The notes below the pieces were generated by a model. That model did no database searches, was not told where the DNA came from, and saw nothing but the letters and a program-made list of their open reading frames with translations. From Eledone cirrhosa (taxonomy: Eukaryota), in the NCBI GenBank assembly GCA_964016885.1, contig OZ024747.1, forward strand, positions 46,128,001-46,192,000: a stretch of 64,000 nt of DNA, in the 5' to 3' direction. The position numbers were made by a program, and so were the translations under genes. Shown here piece by piece: positions 16,547 through 29,428 of the stretch (within the stretch, counting starts at the first letter, position 1; each line of letters opens with the position of its first letter).

Positions 16547-16795
16547 GTATCCACTGTAAGTTATGGGGGTCTATTCTGTATGAAGAACTCAATGTAATCC
16601 ATATGTTGAAAATGTTGTAGGTTAAGATAAATCTCAGAAAACAATAAAACATTAAAAGGAAAACAGAGTCATGATATAAGTTAAAACAATGAAATAAAAA
16701 ATCAAGTCATTAGAGATATACTTCACTGCATTATTATAAGCAGTGAAGTATATCTCTAATGACTTGATTTTTTATTTCATTGTTTTAACTTATAT
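16540..16795. repeat. Perfect 56-bp-arm hairpin with a ~130-bp tail, between (TA)n tracts
   Basis: 16674-16729 is the reverse complement of 16740-16795; 10-nt loop. Confidence 0.9.
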
Positions 16796-16847
16796 ATATA
16801 TATATATATATAATATAAGATCAAAAGATGGTTAAAGGAGTTCCATA

Positions 16848-16918
16848 TATTTTATTATGCGCATTTCAAAAACAAACATCATCAAGCAATAATATTTGTG
16901 TTTTCATCAGATAAAACA
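16848..16918 (-). ncRNA. Type I hammerhead ribozyme (inverted arm)
   Basis: Exact reverse complement of 16972-17042. Confidence 0.85.
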
Positions 16919-16971
16919 GGAGAACATGATATGAAGGCTAAAAAACACTTAGCCTTCATATCATGTTCTCC

Positions 16972-17042
16972 TGTTTTATCTGATGAAAACACAAATATTA
17001 TTGCTTGATGATGTTTGTTTTTGAAATGCGCATAATAAAATA
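16972..17042 (+). ncRNA. Type I hammerhead ribozyme
   Basis: tgttttat CTGATGA [aaacacaaatattatt-gctt-gatgatgtttgttttt] GAAA tgcgca TA ataaaata. Confidence 0.85.
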
Positions 17043-17166
17043 TATGGAACTCCTTTAACCATCTTTTGATCTTATATTATGCATACTCCAGTCCCACAAA
17101 CTGTAGAGTGCTTCTTATCCGATATCTGCATTGCTTTATTGTACTACAATAAAACTCACCTCCTAC

Positions 17167-17208
<42 letters not shown>

Positions 17209-17538
17209 TAGAAATGGCTGTGTAGTTGCTATTTAAGGTAACTCAAAATACAGTGGGAATACGAAGAAAGTATGAACGGGGGGGGGGGGGTTCCTTATCA
17301 GTGTCTAGTGGGGGTCTCGGATATTTCTACAATATATCTCGCCCCAGGGTGTCAATAACTGGATAAGTTATTGGGAAAATGGAGGAGGGATGGAAGAAAA
17401 GAGAAACAGTAAAAAAGCAGCGAAAAAAAAAACAACAAACACAGCAATGTGCGAACAACTTAAGGTAAGGAAATATATAGATATGAATATAAATATGTAT
17501 ATACGTTTTCACACACACACACACACATACCTCTGCAT

Positions 17539-17572
<34 letters not shown>

Positions 17573-17673
17573 GACGTATTTCCGTAGGAAAGGTAAAGGA
17601 AAAGAGAGTGCTCTATGTAGGCTACAGAGCTGTTTAGTTATGTAATAAACAACATAAGATAATTATTCCTTAC

Positions 17674-17740
17674 TATTCTCTCTGATGACTGAAGACAGAT
17701 ATAAATATCTGACCTCAAGAAACCACTGGTAAATGAAATA
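17674..17740 (+). ncRNA. Hammerhead ribozyme (partly decayed) inside fold-back element 17573-17770
   Basis: CTGATGA at 17682, stem II with cagatat-aa-atatctg, GAAA at 17719, cca-c-tgg, TA; stem I is weak. Flanked by 33-bp inverted arms. Confidence 0.6.
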
Positions 17741-17766
17741 ATTATCTTATGTTGTTTATTACATAA

Positions 17767-17914
<148 letters not shown>

Positions 17915-18391
17915 ATGTTTGTGTGTGTATAACTATACATCAAGCCAGTTAAATATTAACTAATTGACAACTCAATACAAATAAATAGAGTTATAGTCTT
18001 CATCTTACTATAGTTGATTTAGTGGTTGAAGTTGTTTTGTATACTTGAGTCAATCGTGATTGTGTAAAACTGGTTTCTCTTAAGTAGAATTTATAAATGT
18101 ATTTAATTTTTTAGTTGGACTTGATTTGGTGTATAATTTGAATAGGTAGCATAAAAGAAAAAGGTTTTTGTTTTAAAAATTAGTCATTTTGGGAAAAACA
18201 ACCTTGTAGTATTGTTACACATTTTGGTCATAAAAATTTGGTCATCTATCTAGAGGCAGTCATGTTTGTAGCTAACGGCTTTCGTAGGATTAAATATAAT
18301 ATTTGGGTTCAATTTTAAATGGTTAGATAAATATTATTGAGCCAATGTTATTATTTTTCCTTGCTCAATCTTAGTTGAAAATTGTAGAAAA

Positions 18392-18687
18392 ATAATTGTT
18401 TCTACTTTTGGCACAAGGCCAGCAATTTTCAGTGTATTACTGGTACTTTATTTTATCGACTCCGTAAGGATGAAAGGCAAAGTTAACCTCGGCGGGATTT
18501 GAACTCAGAATGGCAAGGGTCGTAACTCTATGCGTCAAAGCAGGGCGTCCGACCCTCTACCGATACTGCCAATCCACCGCCCTAAAATTGTAGAAAAATA
18601 ATTGTTTCTTCTTTAGGCACAAGGCCAGCAAATTACCCAGTGCATTACTGGTACTTTATTTTATCGACCCCGTAAGGATGAAAGGCA
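18392..18687 (-). mobile_element. SINE with target-site duplication plus an adjacent partial SINE
   Basis: AAAATTGTAGAAAAATAATT occurs at about 18378 and 18584. Confidence 0.85.
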
Positions 18688-19468
18688 TAAGAAAAATGGA
18701 TGCGAGTCTGTGTTTGTCTTACTTGTCGTCATATAAATTAGTTGCTGTTCTTGTTGTCGTTTTTATTTCACCCACCTCAGCTCTGCTTTAAGTTGAATCC
18801 AAGCATTCTCCGCCTTGACAAGGTAGACAAGGTATCATGAACTACATTCTATAAGGTGACCCTCGTTTTTGTAAGCTGGCGATATATGGCTTTGACTAGG
18901 ACTTTACTTCTATTTCTAAAAGAGCCAACTCACACCTGGAGCTCCCCCTCCCTTTGGCGCAACTCTTAAACAGCTCTAAATAGGGAGTATGGGCTGGTGC
19001 AACTTCAGTCACTCATTAGTTTGTAATTGTCAGTTTTAAGTTCATTTTAAATTCTCAAGTAAGATCAGCACCTATTCTTTCTCGCTGTGTCGTAGTTTAC
19101 AGATATCGTATAGTAGAAAATAACAACAAAAATAACAATTTGTTTGATTTTGCTTATTGCCTTTTTTTTCTATAGTAACGACTAATAATGTCTTATCTGT
19201 TTTTCCTTTCGTTTTTTTTTTTCTTTTACTTTTTGGTGATATGATCTATGGAAAGATTTTGACATCAAATAAGTGACATTTAATTTTTTTTAGTTATTAA
19301 ATAATACATTTGATAAGAATATACCAGTGAACTCTTATTTCTAGCAAATCAAGATATCACATACAGGCACTCTCATTTGCAGTTAAGATATATATATAGA
19401 AGTGGAACAAACCCTAATTAGGTCACGTATCAAATGACAAACCTGCATAAAAAATAGCTTGAGATCAT

Positions 19469-19499
<31 letters not shown>

Positions 19500-19849
19500 A
19501 GCAGCATCACCACCAGCAGCAGCAGCAGCAGCATCCTTATCACCATTATCTCAATCATCGTCATTTATGTGAAATATTTAGGCTGAAAGGAATACCAAGG
19601 TAAATCTAGGTCATATGCAGCACGTGATTTCCTGAAATATTAACTAATCGTTGACCTTTTAAAAGAAATGCCTGTTAAATACACCCATGCACATGTGCGC
19701 GTGTAGAGACATAATATTTCTCTCTACATCTCCCTCTCTCTCTCTCTCACGCACACACACACACAGACAGACACACACAGACAGACACACACAGACAGAC
19801 AGACAGACACACACACACACATATATATATAGATATATATAGATATATA

Positions 19850-20062
19850 TAGTGGAACCTTTGCCCACGAAAGCCTCTCATCACGAACAATTTTTCCAAC
19901 CATAAACATCTTGGTTCAGGAACGGTGTCTCGAGTAACGAACACACAAGCCGGCAACAATAGTTGACTACAAGTTGGGAGTATCGACGAAAAAGTGTCAC
20001 TGCTGTGTAGTTAGTTACTATGGTGATATCTACTTATCTTTCGCACACATTCTCTTTCTTTC

Positions 20063-20101
<39 letters not shown>

Positions 20102-20193
20102 AATGAGAAAAATAAATAGCTTCTGTTTACTAACATTTCGGTTCGACGAACGGCCTTCAGGACGGCTTACGTTCGTGAACCGAGGTTTCACTG
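19850..20193. mobile_element. pogo/Tigger-type MITE
   Basis: TIRs (c)AGTGGAACCT..CACGAA / GTTCGTGAACCGAGGTTTCACTG with TA flanks; a second partial copy lies at about 52502-52690. Confidence 0.8.
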
Positions 20194-20244
20194 TATATAT
20201 ATTTGTTGGTTTCGATGATGATCATTCCAGTTGTAAATCTACGG

Positions 20245-20482
20245 AATGTCTTGCTCGTCAAATTTATGTGCCAATGATTATGAATTTCACAGACATATAT
20301 ACACTCAATGTAGTTCGCAGATAACATAATGTGGGCCAAGGCAAACCCTTATGAATTACAATTACTTCTTGGCAAGTGGAGCAACGTAAAACAAAAGGTT
20401 TTGCTTAAGGACACAACGAGCCGTAGTTTGTCAAACTCACGATTTTTCGATCGTGAGCTAAACACTATAACTACTAAACCAC
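20245..20482 (-). mobile_element. Old CORE-type tRNA SINE
   Basis: Minus strand: GTGGTTTAGTAGTTATAGTG (A-box-like), GAGTTTGA (B-box-like), TTGTGTCCTTAAGCAA (CORE-like). Confidence 0.5.
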
Positions 20483-20780
20483 ACGTCTTTACAATATATC
20501 ATTTTATTAATCACATGATTGCTGTTATACGTATTTCGATGGTAACTGTTATGTATCAGCTATTACACGAATAAAAATTACATGAATAAAAATAATATGA
20601 ACAAAAATGGAATAAATAAAATAATAAAATCTGAATTTGCAACTGGAATGATCATCATCGAAACCAACAAATATATATACAGTGAAACCTCGGTTCACGA
20701 ACGTAAGCCGTCCTGAAGGCCGTTCGTCGAACCGAAATGTTAGTAAACAGAAGCTATTTATTTTTCTCATACGAGAGAGA

Positions 20781-20853
<73 letters not shown>

Positions 20854-20929
20854 AAAGAGAGAGAGAAAGAGAGAGAGAGTGGGGAGAAAGAGAGAGAGAG
20901 GGGAGAAAGAGAGAGAGAGGGGGAGAAAG

Positions 20930-21010
<81 letters not shown>

Positions 21011-21789
21011 CATGCTGACATATGCTTTAGAACAAACACCCTCACAGCATCATCACAAAGAGTTCGTAAACAACAACTGGTAGAAGATTTTTTCCAACCT
21101 TACATCTTCCTTGCCTTCTTGAACGCCCCAGTGGCACCAAGGTATGAGATCGTACACTCATTCTAGTATCAGGTCAGTTGTAAATTCTTTAACAGTATGG
21201 GTTAGACGATGACCAACATTTGATAGCTTCAAAGCAAGAGTGTTAAGAGGTCATGCGGCGGTGGGGCAAGCGGAGGTTAACTACCAACTACAACAACAAC
21301 AACTAAAGCAGCAACACTAACATCACTGTTAACTAGGAGGTACCAAAGCCTGTTACAACAATAGTAGTAGTGATAATAAAACCATCATAGTTAATATATA
21401 ATATATAACAGCAGGATAAGCATAAATATGAATTTAGGTTGAAAATAAAAAGAAGACCAATAAAGAAATAATACATAAAAATTACATAAAAAGAATAAAA
21501 ATAAAAATAACAAATAGAAAAAAAAGTAGTATAAGAACACAAGAGGAAGAGATGAAAAATCAAAAGAACAAAAGGTGAGAGATGTGAAAGATACCAAGAT
21601 ACGACAGTACAAATAACTAATATATAACAGAAATGTGTAGGGAGATATTATATTAATATGTTAAATATAAATGAAGCGCAGTATAAACCCGTTAAATGGC
21701 GAGAAGAGGGGGATTCTTGCCAGGTGACAGATATCTGGAAGTTATCCCTAGTACTCGGTACGAAAGTCCTCAGTGCATATATGTATCTA

Positions 21790-21866
<77 letters not shown>

Positions 21867-21868
<2 letters not shown>

Positions 21869-21964
21869 TCCGAAACGTTAAGACCCTCTTCCTGCTATAT
21901 CAAGTGTTATATATCCTTTCCATACACTGTACCAACTGTGCTGTTATTTGTGTTTACCTTTTAC
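21867..21964 (+). mobile_element. 5'-truncated pLTR-like fragment carrying the 3' half of an HHR
   Basis: cgtcc GAAA cg TT aaga ... tgtttaccttttac; same family as 36022-36290(-) and 45482-45560(-). Confidence 0.7.
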
Positions 21965-21974
21965 ACACACATAC

Positions 21975-22034
<60 letters not shown>

Positions 22035-22773
22035 GAAGGTGAGTTTTATTGTAGCACAATAAAGCAATGCAAATATCGGATAAGTAGCACTCTACAGTTT
22101 GTAGGACTGGAGTATAAATATTTCGTAAACATATATATTTTGATATTAGATATTTTCTTCCTTAAACATTCTTTTCTTCTTTGCTTTCTGCGCCCATTTT
22201 TAAACAAACTATTTACATATTACGCACACATATTACATTACATAAAAACAAACTTAAACACTAACTAATTCCTCTAAATTCATTACTCATCCACTCTTCT
22301 ACTTCTTTTCACATTATATCCTTAATAACATTAATATTTTTATTTTAATAATACATATTAACAATTTCTTTTCCTCGCACATATTATTAAACCCTTCAAT
22401 ATACAAACCTTAATTTAATATTATTCTTAACCCCTTTTTCTCTTCATCAACTTTTAATTTCAAATTCTTTTAAATTATCTATTATCTTCCAACGGCTTTT
22501 TAACTTCTCTCTGTGAGACAATATATATTTTTCTCAGTTTTAAAGGCTATCTCTCTCTCTCTATCACCCTTCTCTCCTCCTCTCTCATCCTTCCTTCTTA
22601 TACTCCCCCCCCCTACCATTCTTTACTCTCATCTCCTCCTCTTCCTTACTCTTTCCACCCCACCCCCACTCACTTTTTCACAATATCACACATCAATCTT
22701 AAATTATTTTTCATATGTTGATTTAAAATTTCACTATTCACAAGTGTTTTTTAACCTTCATATCATGTATCCC

Positions 22774-22845
22774 TATTTTATCTGATGAAAACGCAGATAT
22801 CATCTCATGATGATATTTGTTTTTTGAAATGCGCATAATAAAATA
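22774..22845 (+). ncRNA. Type I hammerhead ribozyme in the 5' pLTR
   Basis: tattttat CTGATGA aaacgcagatatcatc-tcat-gatgatatttgtttttt GAAA tgcgca TA ataaaata. Confidence 0.88.
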
Positions 22846-23049
22846 CTTGGAACTCTTTTAACCATCTTTTGATCTTATATTATTTATAATCCAGTCCTAC
22901 AAACTGTAGAGTGCTACTTATCCGATATTAGCATTGCTTTATTGTGCTACAATAAAACTCACCTGCCTACATTAACTTGCTCTTTAACGGTTGAGCGCTA
23001 ACCCTCATATCGGATACCTTTTGATGGTCTTTCATTTTTCTTCTACAAC

Positions 23050-25397
23050 ATGGATTATTACAACATAACCACTTCAACTAAAGACATTCCTATACCTGGT
23101 AAATCTGAATTCACCAAACTTCTGAATAAAAAAACTGACTCCTTTATGAGAAGGCTTAGATGGATCGCTTTTTTCCATGACCAGCGCCTAAAAGGAAATT
23201 TCTATACTAAGGAACATAACTTTCTCGATCATTTATTTAACTCTAGAAGAAACCCTCCTTCCAACAAAAATCTAGTGCAATTCGAGGAAGAATTAACTAA
23301 TATTATAAGAAATCTTAAATTCAAGAGAAACCCTTACAGAAGACAAGAGCACCTTGTAAATCTCAGGAATACGATTTTAAACCTTAATTCCTCTAAAAAT
23401 GTCTTAGTCCACTCCAACATAAACTAATAATTTATATGGTATATCTAGGGATAATTATAATAACCTTATCCTTAAAGAACTAAGGAAGAAATATCGTAAA
23501 ACTAACCATGACAATTTGGAATCCATAAACTTTGAAGCTTCTGAGATTATGGCAAAACTTGGCATTGAAAAAAAGACCGAACCATTCCTCCCAAGAACTC
23601 CGGGGATAAATTTCAAGGATCATAAAAGTAATTTTCGAACGGAACTACCTGTTAGACTAATCGCCCCCTCTAAATCAGATCTGGGGGTTGTTAGTAAAGC
23701 CATCTTGGATAGAACTATCCCACAGGTTCGTTCTAATTGCTCCATTTCTAACTTAAATTTATGGTTTGGTACATCTGAAGTAATTGGCTGGTTCAACAAC
23801 ATGAATAAGAAAAACAAACAAAAATGTATTCAATTTGATATTGCCAGCTACTATTCTTCTATTTCGCCTTCACTTCTCAACAATGCTCTATCTTTCGCTT
23901 TTAAATATTCTGACATCACCACAGATGAATTTCACATCATTCTCACCGCAAGAAAAACCATCTTAGAATTCAACAATGAATACTGGACTAGAGCTGATAC
24001 AACTTTGATATCACAAAGGGTGCTTCCGATTCATCGCAATTGACTGATTTGATTGGTATTTTTATTTTGAATTCTTTAAATCGGAAAATTCCTCAACTTC
24101 GCGGTGCAATTTATCGTGAGGATGGACTCTTTACTATCTTAAATTGCAATTTAGTTAACCTTAATATTATTAAGAACAATATACGTGAACTCTTTAAGCA
24201 ACATAACCTTAAAATCGAATTTGATAACAACGTCAAACTAGCTAACTTCTTGAATATATCCCTTAATCTTGACACTGGCCTATATTACCCTTACCATAAA
24301 AACAGCATCTAAATTATGTTAATTTTAAATCTAACCACCCCACTAACATTAAAAATGCTATAGTTAGTAATATTGGAAAAAGAATATCAAACCTATCCTC
24401 TAATAAAAAAAATATCTTTGATGCTAACGCCAATTACTATAATAATGCGCTTTCTAAAGCCGGTTATCCTGATAAAATTAAATACAGTAATCCTAGAAGG
24501 TCTTACAGTAAAATAATTAATTATGATCATTCCAATAACTTAAATAAAAGACCTAGATACAAAAATTTAATCTGGTATAATGCTCCTTTCTCTATTTCTA
24601 TTAATAATAATATTCCTAAACTATTCTTTAGGGCCTTAGATAAATGCTTCCCTCCCTCACATATCTATAGTAAAATATTTAACAAACATACAATAAAATG
24701 TTCCTATTTCACCTCCTCCAACATCTCCAACATTATCTCTAAACACAACAATAAAATATGCAGTAGTACTCCCGACGTCATTGTTAGCTCTAGGCTAGAT
24801 TCTGCAAGCTTAAATACGACGTCAAACGTAAATTCGTTGAATGTTCATAATACCAATCTAAATCAGGAAACTATTATTCCTATCGTAAATAACTTCTCCA
24901 ATCCAATGCCTCCTATAAATAACACTAGGCCACATGTTAATAACTCTGTTAATTTCTCTAATCGCAATTGTAATTGCCCTGTTAAAACTAAATGTTCTCT
25001 CAATAACCATTGTCTTGAAAAAAACTTACTCTATGAATGTAAAGTTATAACTGATACTAATTCCTTTACCTATTTCGGTTCCATTTCCACCTCCTTTAAA
25101 GTGAGATTTTATAATCACAATTCGTCTTTTAGATACCAACTTAAAAGAACTAATACGGCCCTCTCAGAACTCATATGGTCCTTGAAAGACAAAAATATTA
25201 ACTATAACATCTCTTGGAGGAAAGTTTGTTCTGCCTCTCCCTACTTGAATGCCTCCCTATCCAGAACGTGTAATCTTTGCCTATCTGAGAAATTTACCAT
25301 TATATCTAATTTACATTCTATAATAAATAGACGCACTGATTTATTTTCTCTCTGCTTGCATAAATTCCACAGAACATTCCATAAAGTATACAGCTAA
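23050..25397 (+). pseudogene. PLE reverse transcriptase + C-terminal GIY-YIG endonuclease, frameshifted
   Basis: FKDHKSNF..PVRLIAPSKSDLG, QFDIASYYSSI, IYREDG (degenerate YRDDG), CNCPVKTKCSLNNHCL, LYECKV...TYFGS..FKVRFYNH, CNLCLSEK...CLH. Confidence 0.92.
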
Positions 25398-25512
25398 TAT
25401 CTAATACTTTGCTAGTTTAAAATCCTTTTTCTCAAAGGCTTATATATATATATTTTTTTTTTAAATATACACATCTTTCTACCTTATTTCAATATTATTT
25501 ATTATATATTAT

Positions 25513-25702
25513 ATAATTGTTTCTACTTTAGGCACAAGGCCAGCAAATACCCAGTGCATTACTGGTACTTTATTTTATCGACCCCGTAAGGATGAAAGGC
25601 AAAGTCAACCTCGGCGGGATTTGAACTCAGATCGTAAAGGGACGTAACTATGCTGGAAAGCATGGCGTCCGAACCTCTACCGATACTGCCAATCCACCGC
25701 CC
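25513..25702 (-). mobile_element. SINE nested in the PLE 3' region
   Basis: 22-bp duplication TATTTATTATATATTATATAAT at 25496-25517 and 25705-25726. Confidence 0.9.
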
Positions 25703-26768
25703 TATATTTATTATATATTATATAATACAAGTTACTCATTCTATATCATTCCACTTTATCACTTTCCTTTCTTCCTCTTTTCTTTTTTTTTTATTTCTAA
25801 CCTCTAATCTGTACTTGTTCTTCCTAACTACTTCTCAATTCTTATTATTACTCATCAGAACATATCCACTCTTCCATCTTTCTTCATATCATTGGCCATA
25901 AAAATTATTATTATATTTTAAATACATTATAGTATTACCTTTAATAGTCCTTCGTAAACATAAACATTTTTTGACGTTAGATTTTTATTCCGTAAGTTCC
26001 TTATCTCTTCCTTTCATGCTCGTTTGACTTTTACATATTACATATTACAATACATAAAAACAAACTTAAACCCTAACTAATTTCCTTTAATATATTATAT
26101 TATTACCATTAGAAAATATTTCGTAAACATATATATTTTGATGTTAGATATTTTCTTTATTAAACATTCTTTTTTTCTTTGCTTTCTGCGCCCATTTTTA
26201 AATAAACTATTTACATATTACGCACACATATTACATTACATAAAAACAAACTTAAACACTAACTAATTCCTCTAAATTCATAACTCATCCACGCTTCTAC
26301 TTCTTTTCACATTATATCCTTAATAACATTAATATGTTTATTTTAATAATACATATTAATAATTTCTTTTCCTCGCACATATTATTAAACCCTTCAATAT
26401 ACAAACCTTAATTTAATATTATTCTTAACCCCTTTTTCTCTTCATCAACTTTTAATTTCAAATTCTTTTAAATTATCTATTATCTTCCAACAGCTTTTTA
26501 ACTTCTCTCTGTGAGACAATATATATTTTTCTCAGTTGTAAAGGCTATCTCTCTCTCTCTATCACCCATCTCTCCTCCTCTCTCATCCTTCCTTCTTATA
26601 CTCCTACCCCCCACCATTCTTTACTCTCATCTCTTCCTCTTCCTTACCCTTTCCAACCCCCACTCACTTTTTCCCAATATCACAGATCAATCTTAAATTA
26701 TTTTTCATATGTTGATTTAAAACTTCACTATTCACAAGTGTTTTTTTAACCTTCATATCATGTATCCC

Positions 26769-26839
26769 TATTTTATCTGATGAAAACGCAGATATCATCT
26801 CATGATGATATTTCTTTTTGAAATGCGCATAATAAAATA
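26769..26839 (+). ncRNA. Type I hammerhead ribozyme in the 3' pLTR
   Basis: Same fold as 22774-22845; CTGATGA at 26777, GAAA at 26820. Confidence 0.88.
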
Positions 26840-26898
26840 CTTGGATCTCTTTTAACCATCTTTTGATCTTATATTATATATATATATATATATGTATA

Positions 26899-27135
<237 letters not shown>

Positions 27136-27139
27136 ATAT

Positions 27140-27338
27140 AACGAAGGAAATGTGGTAAGGAACCAGGTGGACCATAACGCACCGAAGTACTCAATACTTA
27201 GGGTAGTAGAGTGGGTAATAGTAACGAGTAGGACCCGACGGCTGAGCTCAAGCCATTTCGACGGCTAGTTCGGGACTAAATTAGTCCAGAATTAGCCGTC
27301 GAAACGGCTTGAGCTCAGCCGTCGGGTTCCTACTCGTT
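27140..27338. mobile_element. Fold-back element carrying the 3' half of an HHR on both arms
   Basis: Hairpin 27223-27338 centred at 27280; GAAAC-ggct-tgagctc-agcc-GTC at 27301-27323. Diverged relatives at 15190-15350(-) and 46930-47090(+). Confidence 0.75.
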
Positions 27339-27339
27339 C

Positions 27340-27373
<34 letters not shown>

Positions 27374-27570
27374 GTAGATAAATCTACCAAGAGTTTAATC
27401 TTGATATTTAATCTTGATAGTTTGTATAATTTTGTATAATTTTGTACATAGATCTGTTGAATATGCATGCCAATTCTAACACATATATATCCTAGAAACG
27501 ATCGTTAAATAATGAACTTTTTTTGTTTAATATAAGGAACTGTTTCATTGTTTTATTCATTATTTGTTTA

Positions 27571-27612
<42 letters not shown>

Positions 27613-27615
27613 TTA

Positions 27616-27664
27616 GTTTCAGAAGATCCCGTTAAGGGTGAAAGCAGCGATTCTTTGCTTAAAC
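27616..27664 (+). ncRNA. Hammerhead-like ribozyme, U4A core (CAGAAGA)
   Basis: gttt CAGAAGA t-ccc-gttaa-ggg-t GAAA gca-gcgattctt-tgc TT aaac, within element 27611-27777. Confidence 0.68.
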
Positions 27665-27778
27665 TTTAATCTGTTATTTTAATAAATATTTGGTCTACGG
27701 TTCATATATATTTCATATATATTTATCCTTATCGAGCCCTCTTTGGATTTTAGTCTTGAAACGTATTATTATTACTAT

Positions 27779-28265
<487 letters not shown>

Positions 28266-28501
28266 GTATATATATATATATATATATATATTTATTAAAA
28301 CAACAGATTAAAGTTTAAGCAAAGAATCGGTGCTTTCACCCTTAAGGGGATATATATATATATAAGATTCTCTTGTTACCTTAGCAATTTAACATTATTC
28401 ATACGCATTGCTTTGGTTTCAAAAATTAAATTTGTGTTCCCTATTCAACAATGTTTCAAGCAAGCTACACAAGTCTGTTATACATACATACATACATACA
28501 T

Positions 28502-28552
<51 letters not shown>

Positions 28553-28787
28553 CTGTATATATATATATATATATATTATATACATATATATATATATATA
28601 TATATAATTGTTTCTACTTTAGGCACAAGGCCAGCAAATAACCAGTGCATTACTGGTACTTTATTTTATCGACCGCGTAAGGATGAAAGGCAAAGTCAAC
28701 CTCGACGGGATTTGAACTCAGGGACGTAACTATGCTGGAAAGCATGGCGTCCGACCCTCTACCGATACTGCCAATCCATCTTATATA

Positions 28788-29109
28788 TAATATAAGATCA
28801 AAAGATGCTTAAAAGAGTTCCAAGTATTTTATTATGCGCATCATGGGATGATATCTGCGTTTTCATCAGATAAAATAGGGATACATGACATGAAGCTTAA
28901 AAAACACTTGTGAATAGTGAAGTTTTAAATCAACATATGTTGATATGATAATATGATGATATTTGTTTTTGAAATGCGCATAATAAAATACTTGGAACTC
29001 TTTTAACCATCTTTTGATCTTATATTATTTATACTCGAGTCCTACACACTGTAGAGTGCTACTTATCCGATATTTGCATTGCTTTATTGTGCTACAATAA
29101 AATTCACCT

Positions 29110-29113
<4 letters not shown>
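28788..29113. mobile_element. Second fold-back solo pLTR of the Nematis-like PLE, with both HHRs broken
   Basis: The inverted arm keeps CTGATGA but has lost GAAA. The direct arm starts inside stem II and keeps GAAA-tgcgca-TA plus the 86-bp tail. Confidence 0.88.
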
Positions 29114-29193
<80 letters not shown>

Positions 29194-29196
<3 letters not shown>

Positions 29197-29428
29197 CAGA
29201 CTTGTGTAGCTTGCTTGAAGCATTATTTAATAGGGAACGCAAATTTAAATATTGAAACCTAAGCAATACGTATGAAGAATGTTAAATTGCCAAGATAACA
29301 AGAGAATCTTACCTCAGCAAATTTAACGATCGTTAAATTTGCTGAGGTAAGATTCTTTTATTATCTTGGCAATTTAACATTCTTCATACGTATTGTTTTG
29401 GTTTTCAAAATTTAAATTTGCGTTTCAT
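29194..29428. mobile_element. Spacer-less palindromic element centred on AACGA|TCGTT
   Basis: Arms of about 95 bp with the centre at 29329/29330; single-arm copy at 28363-28480. Confidence 0.85.

Larger units (their letters stand above)
16810..17166. mobile_element. Fold-back solo pLTR of the Nematis-like PLE family
   Basis: Identical 132-bp inverted arms (16810-16941 and 16949-17080) plus an 86-bp tail; homologous to 22750-22971. Confidence 0.92.
22031..26876 (+). mobile_element. Penelope-like retroelement (Nematis-like) with pseudo-LTRs
   Basis: Inverted pLTR tail at 22031-22120, 5' pLTR at about 22118-22971, ORF remnant at 23050-25397 and 3' pLTR at about 26117-26876 (direct repeat of about 750 bp). 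Flanked by (GT)n and (TA)n. Confidence 0.92.
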
